In this document: piece by piece, positions 42,001-52,800 of the stretch
Layout of the letters: each line of letters opens with the position of its first letter
Position numbering within the stretch: the stretch's first letter is position 1
Assembly: GCA_963665115.1 (NCBI GenBank)
Contig: OY762007.1
Location: 6,048,001 to 6,112,000 of the forward strand
Reading direction: 5' to 3'
DNA length: 64,000 nt
Source of the DNA: an uncultured Rivularia sp.
GTDB taxonomy: Bacteria > Cyanobacteriota > Cyanobacteriia > Cyanobacteriales > Nostocaceae
The notes under the pieces: model-generated
Told to the model about the DNA's origin: nothing
The model's database searches: none
Seen by the model: only the letters and a program-made list of their open reading frames with translations
Translations under genes and position numbers: made by a program

Positions 42001-43801
42001 TTACATAAGCTAAATTTTCCGTTTTGACATTATTAACGGGGTTTTGCGTACTCTCCTGGGAAATCAATTGCAAATCTGTATCTAAGCAAATCTGTGCGAT
42101 ATTGAAATTGCTATCTTCTTGTCCCAAATCCTTAATTAATACTGACGCTTGAGCATCTTGTAAGCGGAATTGTAGAGCCTCTTGTGGAAGGGTAGAATCG
42201 AGTGGGAGATAAGCACCACCAGCTTTGAGAACAGCTAATAAAGATATTATAAATTTGGGCGATCGCTCTACACAAATTCCTACTACTACTTCTGGTTTAA
42301 CTCCCTTCTTAAGTAAGTAGTGAGCTAACTGATTAGCTTTAAAATTTAATTGTGCATAGGTTAGCTCTTCATTTTCAAATACAACAGCAATTTGATTGGG
42401 TGTTTTTTCTACCTGTTCTTCAAATAACTGATGAATACCTTTTTCTCGCTGGTAATCGCTCTGGGTTTGGTTAAACTCAATTAATAATTTTTGTCGTTCG
42501 TTGTTACTGAGTATTTCTAGCTGACTGATAACTATTTCAGGATTATTGATAACATTGATTAATAATGCTTGGTAATTTTGAGCTAATCTTTGAATTGTTT
42601 CTTTATCAAAGTAGTTAATATCATAGAAAAACTCTGTGAGTAAACTGTTATTTCGCTGTAAACAAGCGAGTTTTATTTTAAAAGGTTCAATAAAGCTACA
42701 GATTTCTTGTAAGGTAAATGAGACTTCTTCATCATAATTATTTCTATAAATATTTTCAAACTCAAAACCTATAGGAAAAGCAATAAATTTGTCTTCTTCA
42801 GTGTCAGAGACAAAATAATCTTGCCATTCAGCAGCATTTTCTAAAGTTTGCGATACTACTGTTAATACTTCTAAAAAATTTAAATTAGGTGTAAATTTAG
42901 TTTTAATTGGTAGCCAAGTGGCTAATAAGCCAAATACGTCATAGAGTTCTTCATAATCACGGCGCTCGCTTGCTGTACCGATAACAATTTCTGATTCTTC
43001 TGTTAGTCGGCAAACTAATATTTTCCAACAAGCTAGTAAAATTAAATCAGCTGTTTTATCGTACTTTTGAGCAAAATCGTAAATTTTATCAAGTAATTCT
43101 TGATTAATAACTAATTTATAACTATCAGTGACAAATTCATCATTCTTTCCTTGTCGTTCTAATGGTAATTTTAATGCTGATAAAGAGCTAATTTTCTGTT
43201 GCTGCCAATATTCTTCAGATGCAGGAGCATCTTCATCATCAAGTAATTGATTTTGCCATTCAGAAAATTGTACATATTGTACATATTCTTTGCTAAATGC
43301 CTTACCTTGACTACATTGAGCGTAAGCTTGACTAATTTGATTAACTAAATTTTTGATTGTTCTAGTATCAGCACATAATGCAGGTAAGGAAATAATTAAA
43401 ATATGCTGAGTATCTGATAGCTTAATTAGATATAAACGAAGTAGTACTTGAGATAGAGTTTGATATTCTTGTCTTTCTTGCCAGAGTAATTCTTTAGCTT
43501 TACTAGAAATATCTTTCTCAGAAAAAGCACTTAAATCTAAATATTCCCAGTTAAACGAATTTCTATCTTCAATTACCATCACTGGAGTTCTTACTCCAGG
43601 TGGACGATAAAAATTAGTTTTGAGTATGTCGTGATGATTAACAACTTGTTCAGTAGCTGTTCGTACTATTTCCGGCTGAAGATTTCCCTCAATCAAAATA
43701 CTTGATTGCGAACAAAAAGCAGAACCATTTTTTTTATGTAAATGCCACAGTCTTTTTTGCTGAGGTGCAAGTTGAAAACCGCTAATTGCTTGAGTTTTCA
43801 T
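36065..43801 (-). CDS. NRPS: interface-type C - A(Asp) - PCP - C - A(Gly) - PCP - C
   Basis: First domain LPALCAD; A codes read as DLTKIGHVGK and DILQLGMIWK; two GGHSL PCPs; HHIISDG and HHIVSDA C domains. Confidence 0.92.
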   Translation of the reverse strand: MKTQAISGFQLAPQQKRLWHLHKKNGSAFCSQSSILIEGNLQPEIVRTATEQVVNHHDILKTNFYRPPGVRTPVMVIEDRNSFNWEYLDLSAFSEKDISSKAKELLWQERQEYQTLSQVLLRLYLIKLSDTQHILIISLPALCADTRTIKNLVNQISQAYAQCSQGKAFSKEYVQYVQFSEWQNQLLDDEDAPASEEYWQQQKISSLSALKLPLERQGKNDEFVTDSYKLVINQELLDKIYDFAQKYDKTADLILLACWKILVCRLTEESEIVIGTASERRDYEELYDVFGLLATWLPIKTKFTPNLNFLEVLTVVSQTLENAAEWQDYFVSDTEEDKFIAFPIGFEFENIYRNNYDEEVSFTLQEICSFIEPFKIKLACLQRNNSLLTEFFYDINYFDKETIQRLAQNYQALLINVINNPEIVISQLEILSNNERQKLLIEFNQTQSDYQREKGIHQLFEEQVEKTPNQIAVVFENEELTYAQLNFKANQLAHYLLKKGVKPEVVVGICVERSPKFIISLLAVLKAGGAYLPLDSTLPQEALQFRLQDAQASVLIKDLGQEDSNFNIAQICLDTDLQLISQESTQNPVNNVKTENLAYVIYTSGSTGKPKGVAIEHQHLLNYLYGILPKLQLPDNASYATVSTFAADLGNTVIFPCLCSGGCLHIVTWQRASDPIAASDYFRRHPIDCLKIVPSHLAALLSSECMEILPHQLLILGGEAADWNLIEKIEKNAPHCRILNHYGPTETTVGVLTYPISRKIQEAVTVPIGKPIANTQVYVLDKHLIPVSLGVAGELYISGESLARGYLNHVELTNEKFINNPFSDTQQRLYKTGDRARYLSDGNLEFLGRFDDQVKIRGYRIELGEVSTALNEHPEVRESAVIIKDDLLGEKRLVAYVIPQSGTSSDINFRDFLKIKLPEYMIPVSFIFLKALPLTANGKLDRNALPAPEEVASRKTSFIAPRTPVEEVLAGIWTQLLGVPQVSINDNFFELGGHSLLATQVISRIRTSFGAEISLPQLFESPNLAALAAQIEAPVGEHHEIVTITPVSRDKNLPLSFAQQRLWFFDQFEPGSSSYNLPRALRLQGKLNINALRASLNEIIRRHEMLRTSIGIADGQPIQKISDFINLKLPIIDLQKLPSQRREAELYNLAKEEAQTGFDLTQAPLLRAKLLQLDVEEYVILLTLHHIISDGWSNDILIREVATLYTDIYSGRPSYLPQLPIQYADFAVWQRQWLEKERFQNQLTYWQKQLSGELPILQLPTDHPRPTVRTYAGKTLSFVLPKSLAEELKTLSKQQDVTLFMTLLAAFKILLYRYTGQTDILVGSPIANRNRTEIENLIGFFVNTLVLRSNLAGNPSFCDLLKQVRSVALGAYAHQDLPFEKLVEEIQPERNLSHNPLFQVMFVLQNAAMRKLELPGLKVESLENNGITAKFDLTLVIEYVEQGLIANFEYNTDLFDEITISRLATNFEVLLTEIVANPQQHLGELPLLTTTEEQQLLKWSKGKTIEQPELFLHQLFEVQVERTPNTVAVVFEDQKLTYCELNAKANQLAHHLRLLGVKPEVLVGICIERSLDMVIGLLAILKAGGAYIPLDPSYPKERLKFILEDTQAPVLLAQASILEAIPQHEAQVICLDHDYEMIAQQSQENLCALTTTDNLAYIIYTSGSTGKPKGVQIPHSALSNFLYSMKQEPGLTSDDILLAVTTYSFDIAALELFLPIIVGARLVVASREMTLDGTQLLAKLIDSKATVMQATPATWQLLVLAGWDGNPQLKILCGGEALPGHLANKLLERCNSLWNMYGPTETTIWSAASQIKTDSQIIPISNPIANTQLYILDQYSQLVPVGIAGELCIGGEGLARGYFNRPDLSAEKFIPNPFSTETTRLYKTGDLARYLPSGDIEYLGRIDNQVKIRGFRIELGEIETVISQHPAVRETVVVVRKDSIDSQQIVAYVVAHLEQTLTIPELRSFLESKLPNYMIPNALLLLEALPLTPNGKVDRKALPVPELTQVSSSNIVPASTPIENLLAGIWAEVLGIEEVGIDNNFFELGGHSLIATRVMSQIRQIFQVELPLRYLFEKPTIAGLAKEIDKASQAGYRLEIPPLERINKRATELPLSFAQQRLWFLSQLEPNSSSYNIPTAVRLEGELNHNALKQSFNEIVRRHEVLRTNFQTLEGRAVAIISKVKTLTLPIIDISSLSAFQQQAEIKQQAYQEAQQPFDLNSDHLLRVKLLRLGEQEHIVLLTMHHIVSDAWSIGVLIEEIAALYPAFCAGKPSPLSELSIQYTDFAIWQRQWLQGKVLQNQLDYWKQKLGNTHPRLALPKSPKRSRVENSQGAKQSFTLSKVLTEAINLLSRQQGATLFMTLLAVFQVLLHCFSGTQDIRVGSPIANRNRVEIEKLIGFFINTLVLRIDLSGNPSFRELLARSRQVTLEAYAHQDLPFEKLVEELQPERNLNQNPLYQAWFVLQNAPMPQLELPGLSLTTLEIERDTVRHDLLLSIGESSEGLNGKFEYKTDLFDEATISRLIEHFKTVINHVVAQPDTTLDEIATILTQSDEEQQKIQKQELQVTEQQKLKMTKRKIIRN

Positions 43802-43865
43802 ATTTATTAAGGATTATTGTACGCAGAGTATATTTTTTCGGGATTTGCTAACAAAGTTGGTACGT

Positions 43866-46800
43866 TTAGCAAATATTAATATTTTTACTATTTATTATTT
43901 CTCCCATTGAGACAACTATTTTACGTTGTCCTGTATAGGGGTTTCTGCCGTGAGCAGCCAGCATATTATCTAACATAATTACATCATTCTGCTGCCAAGA
44001 AAAGCTAGTTTTTGATTGCTGATATACTGTATTGATTTCGGTAATTTCTTCTTCTGCAATTACTGTACCATCTCCAAAGTAAACATTACGAGGTAGCTTT
44101 GACTCTCCAAATATAGATAAAAGCGATTCTTGTACTTCTGTATCTAAATAGGAGATATGGTGTAATTGAATTTGGTTGAAAAAGACAGATTCGCTAGTTC
44201 TAGGATGTACTGCTAAGGCTGGACGAATTTGTCGAGTAACTAATCCATCATTACTATACCATTCAAATTCAATTCCTGCTTGGCGACAGTAATTTTCTAC
44301 TTCGCTTTTATCTGTAGTTTGAAAGAAATTTTGCCAACTAACATCTAATTTTTCAGCGTAGTTTCTCACGTACATTAGCTGTTTGGTAGCTAGTTTTTCT
44401 CGTAATTGAGGGCTTAGTAGTTGATAAGCTTTTCGACAGTCTATAATTGGAGTTTCTCCACCTAACATAGCAGGTTGAACGCAGTAAAACCAAATTTTTA
44501 AAGGAAAACAATGTAAATGGGAACTTTCATTATGGAAAAGTATAGTTTTATCTGCTGGATAAGGTGTAGAGCCATATACTTTGCCACCTTCACCTATGCG
44601 AGGTAAGTCGCCATATTCGGCAAATAAATCGGGACAAATAGCTTGGGCGAAATTTTCAAATTCTGATACTGATTTTATGTTAAAACCTCTAAATAAAATC
44701 GCTCCATGTTTTAATAATTGTTTTTCAAGATATTCTCGGTTATTCTCAGACCAAGAGATTGAATCAAATTCTACACTATTAGGTTGAATTACGAGAGGAA
44801 ATTTTTGCTCATCTGTTAGATAATTTGTTTTAATCAATTTATCTAATGACAAATTAACAGCTTTAGGAGCAATACTCATAAATTTTTGTCTTTTAGCTGC
44901 TTTACGTTTCTGTTGTTGCATAATTTGTTGCGCTTTTTCTGCTTCCGTAAACATTTCCAATGTATTGATATGGCTTTGAGGTTGGCTAACAATGCTATTG
45001 ATTAATGTTTTCCAGTGATTAGTTAAGCGAGTGATAGTATCAGCAGCAAATAAATCGGCGTTATATTGCCATTCACCTTCTATACCTTGCTCGGTTTCTT
45101 TAATAAATAGAGCTAAATCAAATCTGGCTATTTTGCTTTCTACTTCTATTGGTTCTAAAATAAGTCCTGGTAATTCTAGCGCTGAAGTTGGTGTATTTTG
45201 CAAGACAAATAACACCTGAAATAATGGAGCCTTGTTGCTTAAGTGACGCTCGGGTTTTAATTCTCTAACTAACTCGTCAAAGGGTAAATCTTGATGAGCA
45301 TAAGCTGATAATGTCTGAGTACGAACTCTTTCTAATAACTCTGGGAAGGTAGGATTTCCGCTTAAGTCAGTGCGTAAAACTAACAAGTTAACAAAGAATC
45401 CGATTAATTGTTCAATTTCTGCTTGATTCCGGTTCGCAACATCTGTTCCAACAACAATATCATCTTGATAACTATAGCGCTGTAATAAAATTTTGAAACT
45501 CGCTAGCAGTGTCATGAATAAAGTTACACCTGCTTGTTGGGAAAGCGATCGCAATTCCTGCATCACCTCATTAGGTATCAAAAATGTGTGACTAGCACCC
45601 CGGTTCGTTTTTACTTCTGCACGGGGACAAGTTGTAGGTAGCTGCAATACAGGTAGATTTGCTAATTGCTGCTTCCAGTAAGTAAGTAAACTTTCTAATC
45701 TTTCACCTTGCAAATGTTGACGTTGCCAAACTGCAAAGTCTGCATACTGGATAGATAATTCTGAGAGTGGAGAAGCTTTCTGGGCAGAAAAGGCTTTATA
45801 TAATGCTGCTAACTCCTTTATTAATACACCGATTGACCAACCATCAAAAACTATATGGTGGATAGTAAACAGTAAAATATGTTCTTGTTCACCCAGTTTC
45901 CAAGAGAGTGCATCTGAGTAAGGGAGCTTGGTTAAAATCAAAGGGACGTTGAAATTCTTTTGCACTCAAACTGTTAATTTCCGCTTCTCGTTCGACTTCC
46001 GTCAAATTCCCTAAATTAACTACAGGTATTTTTAGCTGCACGTTGGGAATTATTACCTGTACAGGTTGCCCATCAACTAAAACAAAAGTAGTACGTAAAG
46101 CCTCGTGACGATGAATAATTTGGTTAATGCTTTCTTTTAAAACTTTTATATTTAAATTACCCGTAAGGCGAACCATTGCGGGCATATTGTAAATATAGCT
46201 ACCAGGGTTTAGCTGTTCTAGTAACCATAATCTAGCTTGAGCAAAAGATAGAGGTAAATTGCCATCACCAGGGACAGGCATAATTGCAGAAATACTCTTG
46301 GTGCTTACTTGCTCAATCTCTTTAGCGAGTTCTGCTATTTTTGGGAATTTAAATAGATGCTGAAGAGGTATATCCACCTCCAAGGTTTTGCGAATACGCG
46401 AAATAACTTGAGTTGCTAATAAAGAATGTCCCCCTAGTTCAAAGAAGTTATCGTAAATACCAACTTGGGAAATGTCCAGAACTTGAGTCCAAATTCCGGC
46501 TAGTACTTCTTCTACTGGATTACGGGGAGCAACAAAAGTGCTTTCTAATTCTCTGTTAGCATCTTTTAATAGAGGTAGTGCTTTACGGTCAACCTTACCA
46601 TTGGGTGTAAGTGGCAGTGCCTCTAGGGTGATAAAAGCTGTTGGCACCATGTAGTTTGGTAGCTTTGACTCAGAGAAACTACGTAGTTCATGAGTTACCA
46701 GTGTTTGTTCTTTTTCAGAAACTACATAGGCGACTATTTGTTGAGAATCAACCTCATCTTCCCTGACTACAACTACTGTTTCTCGTACTGCGGGGTATTG

Positions 46801-49800
46801 GCTAATTACTGATTCAATTTCTCCAAGTTCAATGCGGAAACCACGTACCTTAACCTGGTTATCAATCCGACCAATGTACTCTATATCTCCACTCGGCAGA
46901 TAACGTGCTAAATCCCCGGTTTTATACAGACGTGTTGCTTCTGTACTAAAGGGATTAGGGATAAATTTCTCCGCACTTAAATCGGGACGTTTGAAGTAGT
47001 CTCTTGCAAGTCCTTCCCCACCAATACACAACTCACCCGTTACACCTACAGGAACTAATTGACTGTACTGGTCTAGAATATAAAGTTGCGTGTTCGCAAT
47101 CGGATTACTAATCGGTATTGTCTTACTATCAGTTTTAATCTCAGATGCTGCCGACCAAATAGTGGTTTCCGTCGGACCATACATATTCCACAGACAATCA
47201 CACCTTTGTAATAATTGACTGGCTAAGTTAGCAGGTAAAGCTTCGCCACCACAGAGAATTTTTAATTGAGGATTACCATCCCAACTAGCTGCCAAAAGTA
47301 GCTGCCATGTTGCTGGCGTGGCTTGCATGACTGTAGCTTTTGAGTCTATAAGTAAGGCTGATAACTGCATTCCATCGGAGACAATTCCCTGACTTGCGAC
47401 TACCAAGCGAGCGCCTACAATGATTGGTAAGAAAAGCTCTAATGCGGCAATATCAAACGAATAAGTAGTTACTGCTAGTAATGTGTCCTCCGATGTTAAC
47501 CCTGGGGCTTGCTTGATCGAGTACAAAAAGTTATTTAAAGCACTGTGGGGAATTTGTACACCTTTTGGCTTACCTGTAGAACCGGAAGTATAGATGGTAT
47601 AAGCTAGGTTATCAGTAGTTAGTTCAGAAGGCAAATTTTCCTGGCTTTGTTGTGCAATTGCCTCGTAATCATCATCTAAATAAATGACTTGAGCTTTATG
47701 TTGCGGTATTGTTTCTATAAACGAGGCTTGAGTTAGTAATACTGGCGCTTGAGTATCTTCTAGTATAAAACTTATGCGTTCTTGAGGATAGTTTGGGTCT
47801 AACGGTACATATGCACCACCTGCTTTGAGGATGGCTAATAATCCGATGACCATATCAAGGGAGCGCTCTACACAAATCCCCACCAATACCTCTGGTTTTA
47901 CTCCCATTGAGCGCAGATGATGCGCTAGTTGATTGGCTTTGGCGTTTAATTCGCAGTAGGTTAATTGTTGGTCTTCAAATACTACTGCTACCGATAGGGG
48001 AGTTTTTTCTACCTGTACTTCAAATAATTCGTGGATACATTTATCTTGAGGATAGTCAACTAAAGTATCATTCCACTCCCGCAGCAATTGATGCTGCTCA
48101 GATTCTACTAACAATGGTAACTCTGACAAACGTTGTTTTGGATTAGCAACAATCCCTTTGAGCAACGTTTGCAAATGAGCAGCCATTCTTTGTATAGAAC
48201 TTTCTTCAAATAAATCAATATTGTATTCTAAGCTTCCAACCAAACCCGACTCGGTTTCTGTCATATATAGGGTTAAATCAAACTTAGAAGTATCACTATC
48301 ATCTTCCAAGGGAGTTAAAGTCAAACCAGGTAACTCTAAAGCCGATATCGGCGTATTCTGAAGTACAAACATCACTTGAAATAGTGGTGCATGACTTAAA
48401 TCTCGTTGTGGTTGTAGTCGCTCAACTAACAACTCAAAAGGTAAATCTTGATGTGCATAAGCTCCTAGTGTAACCTCTCGCACCCGCAAGAGGAACTCTT
48501 CAAAACTTGGATTTCCTCCTAAGTTAGTTCGCAACACCAAGGTATTGACAAAAAATCCAATTAACCCCTCAATTTCTGCTCGATTACGATTAGCAATCGG
48601 TGAGCCAACTACAATATCTTCAACGGCTGTATAACGCCATAGCAGTGTTTGGAATCCTGCTAACAGGGTCATAAATAATGTAGTTCCCTGCTGCTGGCTT
48701 AACTTATTTAAAGCTGCGGATAATTCTTTTGATAATTCAAATGAATAATTCGCACCACGGTAAGTTTGAATTGCTGATCTTGGGTGGTCTGTGGGTAATT
48801 CTAATACTTTTGGTGCGTTTTCTAACTGTTTGAGCCAATAAGATATCTGAGTTTCGAGTACTTCTCCTTGCAGCCATTGTCGTTGCCAAGCTGCAAAGTC
48901 TACATACTGTACTGGTAGTTCTGCTTTTGAAGTGGGTTCTTCATTACAGAAGTTAGAATAAAGTGAAGAAAATTCTTGTATTAATACACTTATTGACCAA
49001 CCGTCAGAGACGATATGGTGCATGGTTAGTAGTACTATGTGTTCTTGCTCACCAAGATGTAAGATTTTTATTCTCAGTAGATGGTCGCTACTGATGTCAA
49101 AAGGTTGTTGTGCTTCTTGTGTAGCTTGTTGTTTTACTTCGGCTTGTTGTTGAAAGGCTGACAAGGAGCTAATATCTAGTATTGATAATAATGTTAAAGG
49201 CTTTTCTTCGGAGATAACAGCTACTGCTTGCCCTTCTATTGAAAGGAAATTGGTTCTAAGCGCTTCATGACGGCGTACAATTTCGTTGAAGCTTTGTTGT
49301 AGTGCTTCTATATTTAATTTTCCTTCTAAACGAACAGCAGCAGGAATGTTGTAGAATGCGCTGTCTGGTTCTAATTGAGCTAAAAACCACAGTCGCTGTT
49401 GAGCAAATGATAGTGGTAATTGTTGGGTTCGTGGAATCCGCTCAATACCCGTCGCTTCAACTGGTGAATCTAACTTAATCACTTTATCAATTTCTTTTGC
49501 TAACCCAGCTATCGTTGGTTTTTCAAATAAACAACGTAAAGGCAAGTCTATTTGAAATACTTGCCGGATTTGAGAAATTACACGAGTTGCAATTAAGGAA
49601 TGTCCTCCTAATTCAAAGAAGTTATTATCAATACCTACTTCTTCTATACTAAGTATTTCTGCCCAAATACCCGCTAATAAATTCTCGATTGGTGTGGAAG
49701 CAGGGACTATATTAGATGATGCTATTTGTGTTAATTCAGGTACAGGTAATGCTTTGCGATCAACCTTACCATTAGGTGTTAATGGTAGTGCCTCTAATGT

Positions 49801-52800
49801 CACAAAAGCTGTTGGTACCATGTAGTTTGGTAGCTTTGACTCTAAAAAACTACGTAGTTTAGCAATTGCCAGTGTTTGCTCTTGTTGAGCAACTACATAA
49901 GCAACAATTTGTTGAGAATCTACTGAATCTTCCCTTACTACAACTACCGTTTCTCGTACTGCTGGGTGTTGGCTAACAATTGCTTCAATTTCTCCGAGTT
50001 CGATACGAAAACCACGTATCTTGACCTGGTTATCAATCCGACCAATGTAATCTATATCTCCACTGGGCAGATAACGTGCTAAATCCCCGGTTTTATATAG
50101 ACGCGCCGTTGATTCATTACTAAAGGGATTAGGGATAAATTTCTCTGCACTTAAATCGGGACGGTTGAAGTAGCCTCTTGCAAGTCCTTCGCCACCGATA
50201 CACAACTCACCCGCTACACCCACAGGAACTAGTTGACTGTATTGGTCCAAGATATAAAGTTGGGTATTGGCAATCGGATTACTAATCGGTATTATCTTAC
50301 TATCAGTTTTAATCTGGGATGCTGCCGACCAAATAGTGGTTTCTGTCGGACCGTACATATTCCATAAAGAGTTACATCTCTCAAGTAACTGAAAAGCCAA
50401 ATGTCTTGGTAAAGCTTCGCCACCGCAGAGAATTTTTAATTGAGGATTACCATCCCAACCTGCTAACACAAGTAACTGCCATGTTGCTGGTGTGGCTTGC
50501 ATGACTGTAGCTTTTGAATCTATAAGTAAGGCTGATAACTGAGTTCCATCTGAGGCAATTTCCCGACTTGCAACTACTAAGCGAGCGCCGACAATGATTG
50601 GTAAGAATAGTTCTAATGCGGCAATATCAAAGGAATAGGTAGTTACTGCTAGTAATATGTCATCAGATGTTAATCCTGGCTCTTGCTTCATCGAGTACAA
50701 AAAGTTACTCAAGGCACTGTGGGGAATTTGTACGCCTTTAGGTTTACCTGTGGAACCAGAAGTATAGATGATATAAGCGAGATTATCAGTAGTAGCTAGC
50801 GCACATAAATTTTCTTGGCTTTGTTGGGCTATCAGATGCCAATCACTATCTAAACAAACTACTTGAGCTTTGTGTTGCGGTATTCCCTCCAGAAGCGACG
50901 CTTTAGTCAGCAATACCTGCGCTTGAGTATCTTCTAGTATAAATTGTAATCTTTCCTTGGGATAGCTAGGGTCTAGAGGTATATATGCACCACTTGCTTT
51001 GAGTATAGCTAATAGTCCGATGACCATTTCGAGCGAGCGCTCTATACAAATCCCTACCAGTACTTCTGGTTTTACTCCGTGCGATCGCAAGTGATGTGCT
51101 AATTGATTTGCTCTTTTGTTTAGTTCGCAGTAGGTTAATTGTTGGTCTTCAAATACTACAGCCACCGTATTTGGTGTTCTTTCTACCTGAGCTTCAAATA
51201 ATTCATGGATACATTTATCTTTGGGATGATCAACTTTTGTATCATTCCACTCTCGTAGCAATTTATGCTGCTCAGATTCGGTTAAAAATGGTAACTCTGA
51301 CAAACGCTGTTGTGGATTAGCAACAATTCCTTCAAGCAACGTTTGCAAATGACTCACCATTCTTTGTATCGTATTTACCTCAAATAAATCGGTATTGTAT
51401 TCTAAGTTTCCAACCAACCCCTCCAATGTTTCTGTCATATATAAGGTTAAATCAAACTTAGAAGTATCACTATCGCCTTCCAAGGGAGTTAAAGTCAAAC
51501 CAGGCAACTCTAAAGCGGAGATTGGAGCATTCTGAAGCACAAACATCACTTGAAATAGTGGCGCATGACTTAAAGAACGCTGTGGTTGTAATCGCTCAAC
51601 TAACAACTCAAAAGGCAAATCCTGATGTGCATAAGCTCCTAATGCTACCTCTCGCACCCGTTTTAATAGCTCTTCAAAACTGGGATTTCCTCCTAAGTTA
51701 GTTCTCAACACTAGGGTATTGACAAAAAATCCAATTAACCCTTCAAGTTCTGCTCGATTACGGTTAGCGATCGGTGAACCAACTACAATATCTTCTTGGG
51801 CTGTATAACGCCATAGCAGTGTTTGGAATCCTGCTAATAGGGTCATAAATAATGTACTTCCCTGCTGCTGACTTAATTTATTTAAAGCTGTGGATAATTC
51901 TTTTGATAACTTAAATGAATAGGTCGCACCCCGGTAAGTTTGAATTGCTGGTCTTGGGTGGTCTGTAGGTAATTCTAATACTTTTGGTGCCCCTTCTAAC
52001 TGCTTGAGCCAATATGATACCTGAGTTTTTAATACAACTCCAAGCAGCCATTGTCGTTGCCAAGCTGCAAAATCTACATACTGTATTGGTAGTTCTGCTG
52101 AGGTAAGGGGTTCTCTATTACAGAGTTGAGAATAAAATGTTGCTAATTCTTCTACTAATACACCTACTGACCAACCGTCAGAGACTATGTGGTGCATGGT
52201 TAGTAGTACTATGTGTTCTTGTGTGCCAAGACGTAATAATTTTACTCTTAGTAGATTGTCACTTTTGATGTCAAAGGGTTCTTGTGCTTCTTGTGCAACT
52301 TGTTGTTTTACTTGGGCTTCTTGTTGCCAAGCACTCAATGAGCTGATATCTAGGATTGATAATGTTAAAGGTTTTTCTTCGGAGATGGAAGCTACTGCTT
52401 GCCCTTCTATTGTTTGAAAATTAGTTCTGAGCGCTTCATGACGGCGTACAATTTCATTGAAGCTTTGTTGTAATGCTTCTACATTTAATTCTCCTTGTAA
52501 CCGGACAGCCCCAGGAATATTGTAGAACGGGCTATCTGGTTCTAATTGAGCTAAAAACCACAGTCGTTGTTGGGCAAATGACAGTGGTAATTGTCGCGAA
52601 CGTGGAATCCGCTCAATACTCGTTGCTTCAACTGGTGAATCTAACTTACTCGCTTTTTCTATTTCTTTTGCTAGTCCTGCAATTGTTGGTTTTTCAAATA
52701 AATAGCGTAAAGGAAATTCTATTTGAAATACTTTTCGGATTTGAGAAATCACACGAGTTGCAATTAAGGAATGTCCTCCTAATTCAAAGAAGTTGTTATC

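Noticed and set aside
43318..43330. AGC-GTAA-GCT hairpin similar to the putative promoter motif
   Set aside because: Only 3 Watson-Crick pairs, deep inside an NRPS CDS, with no start codon at the characteristic distance
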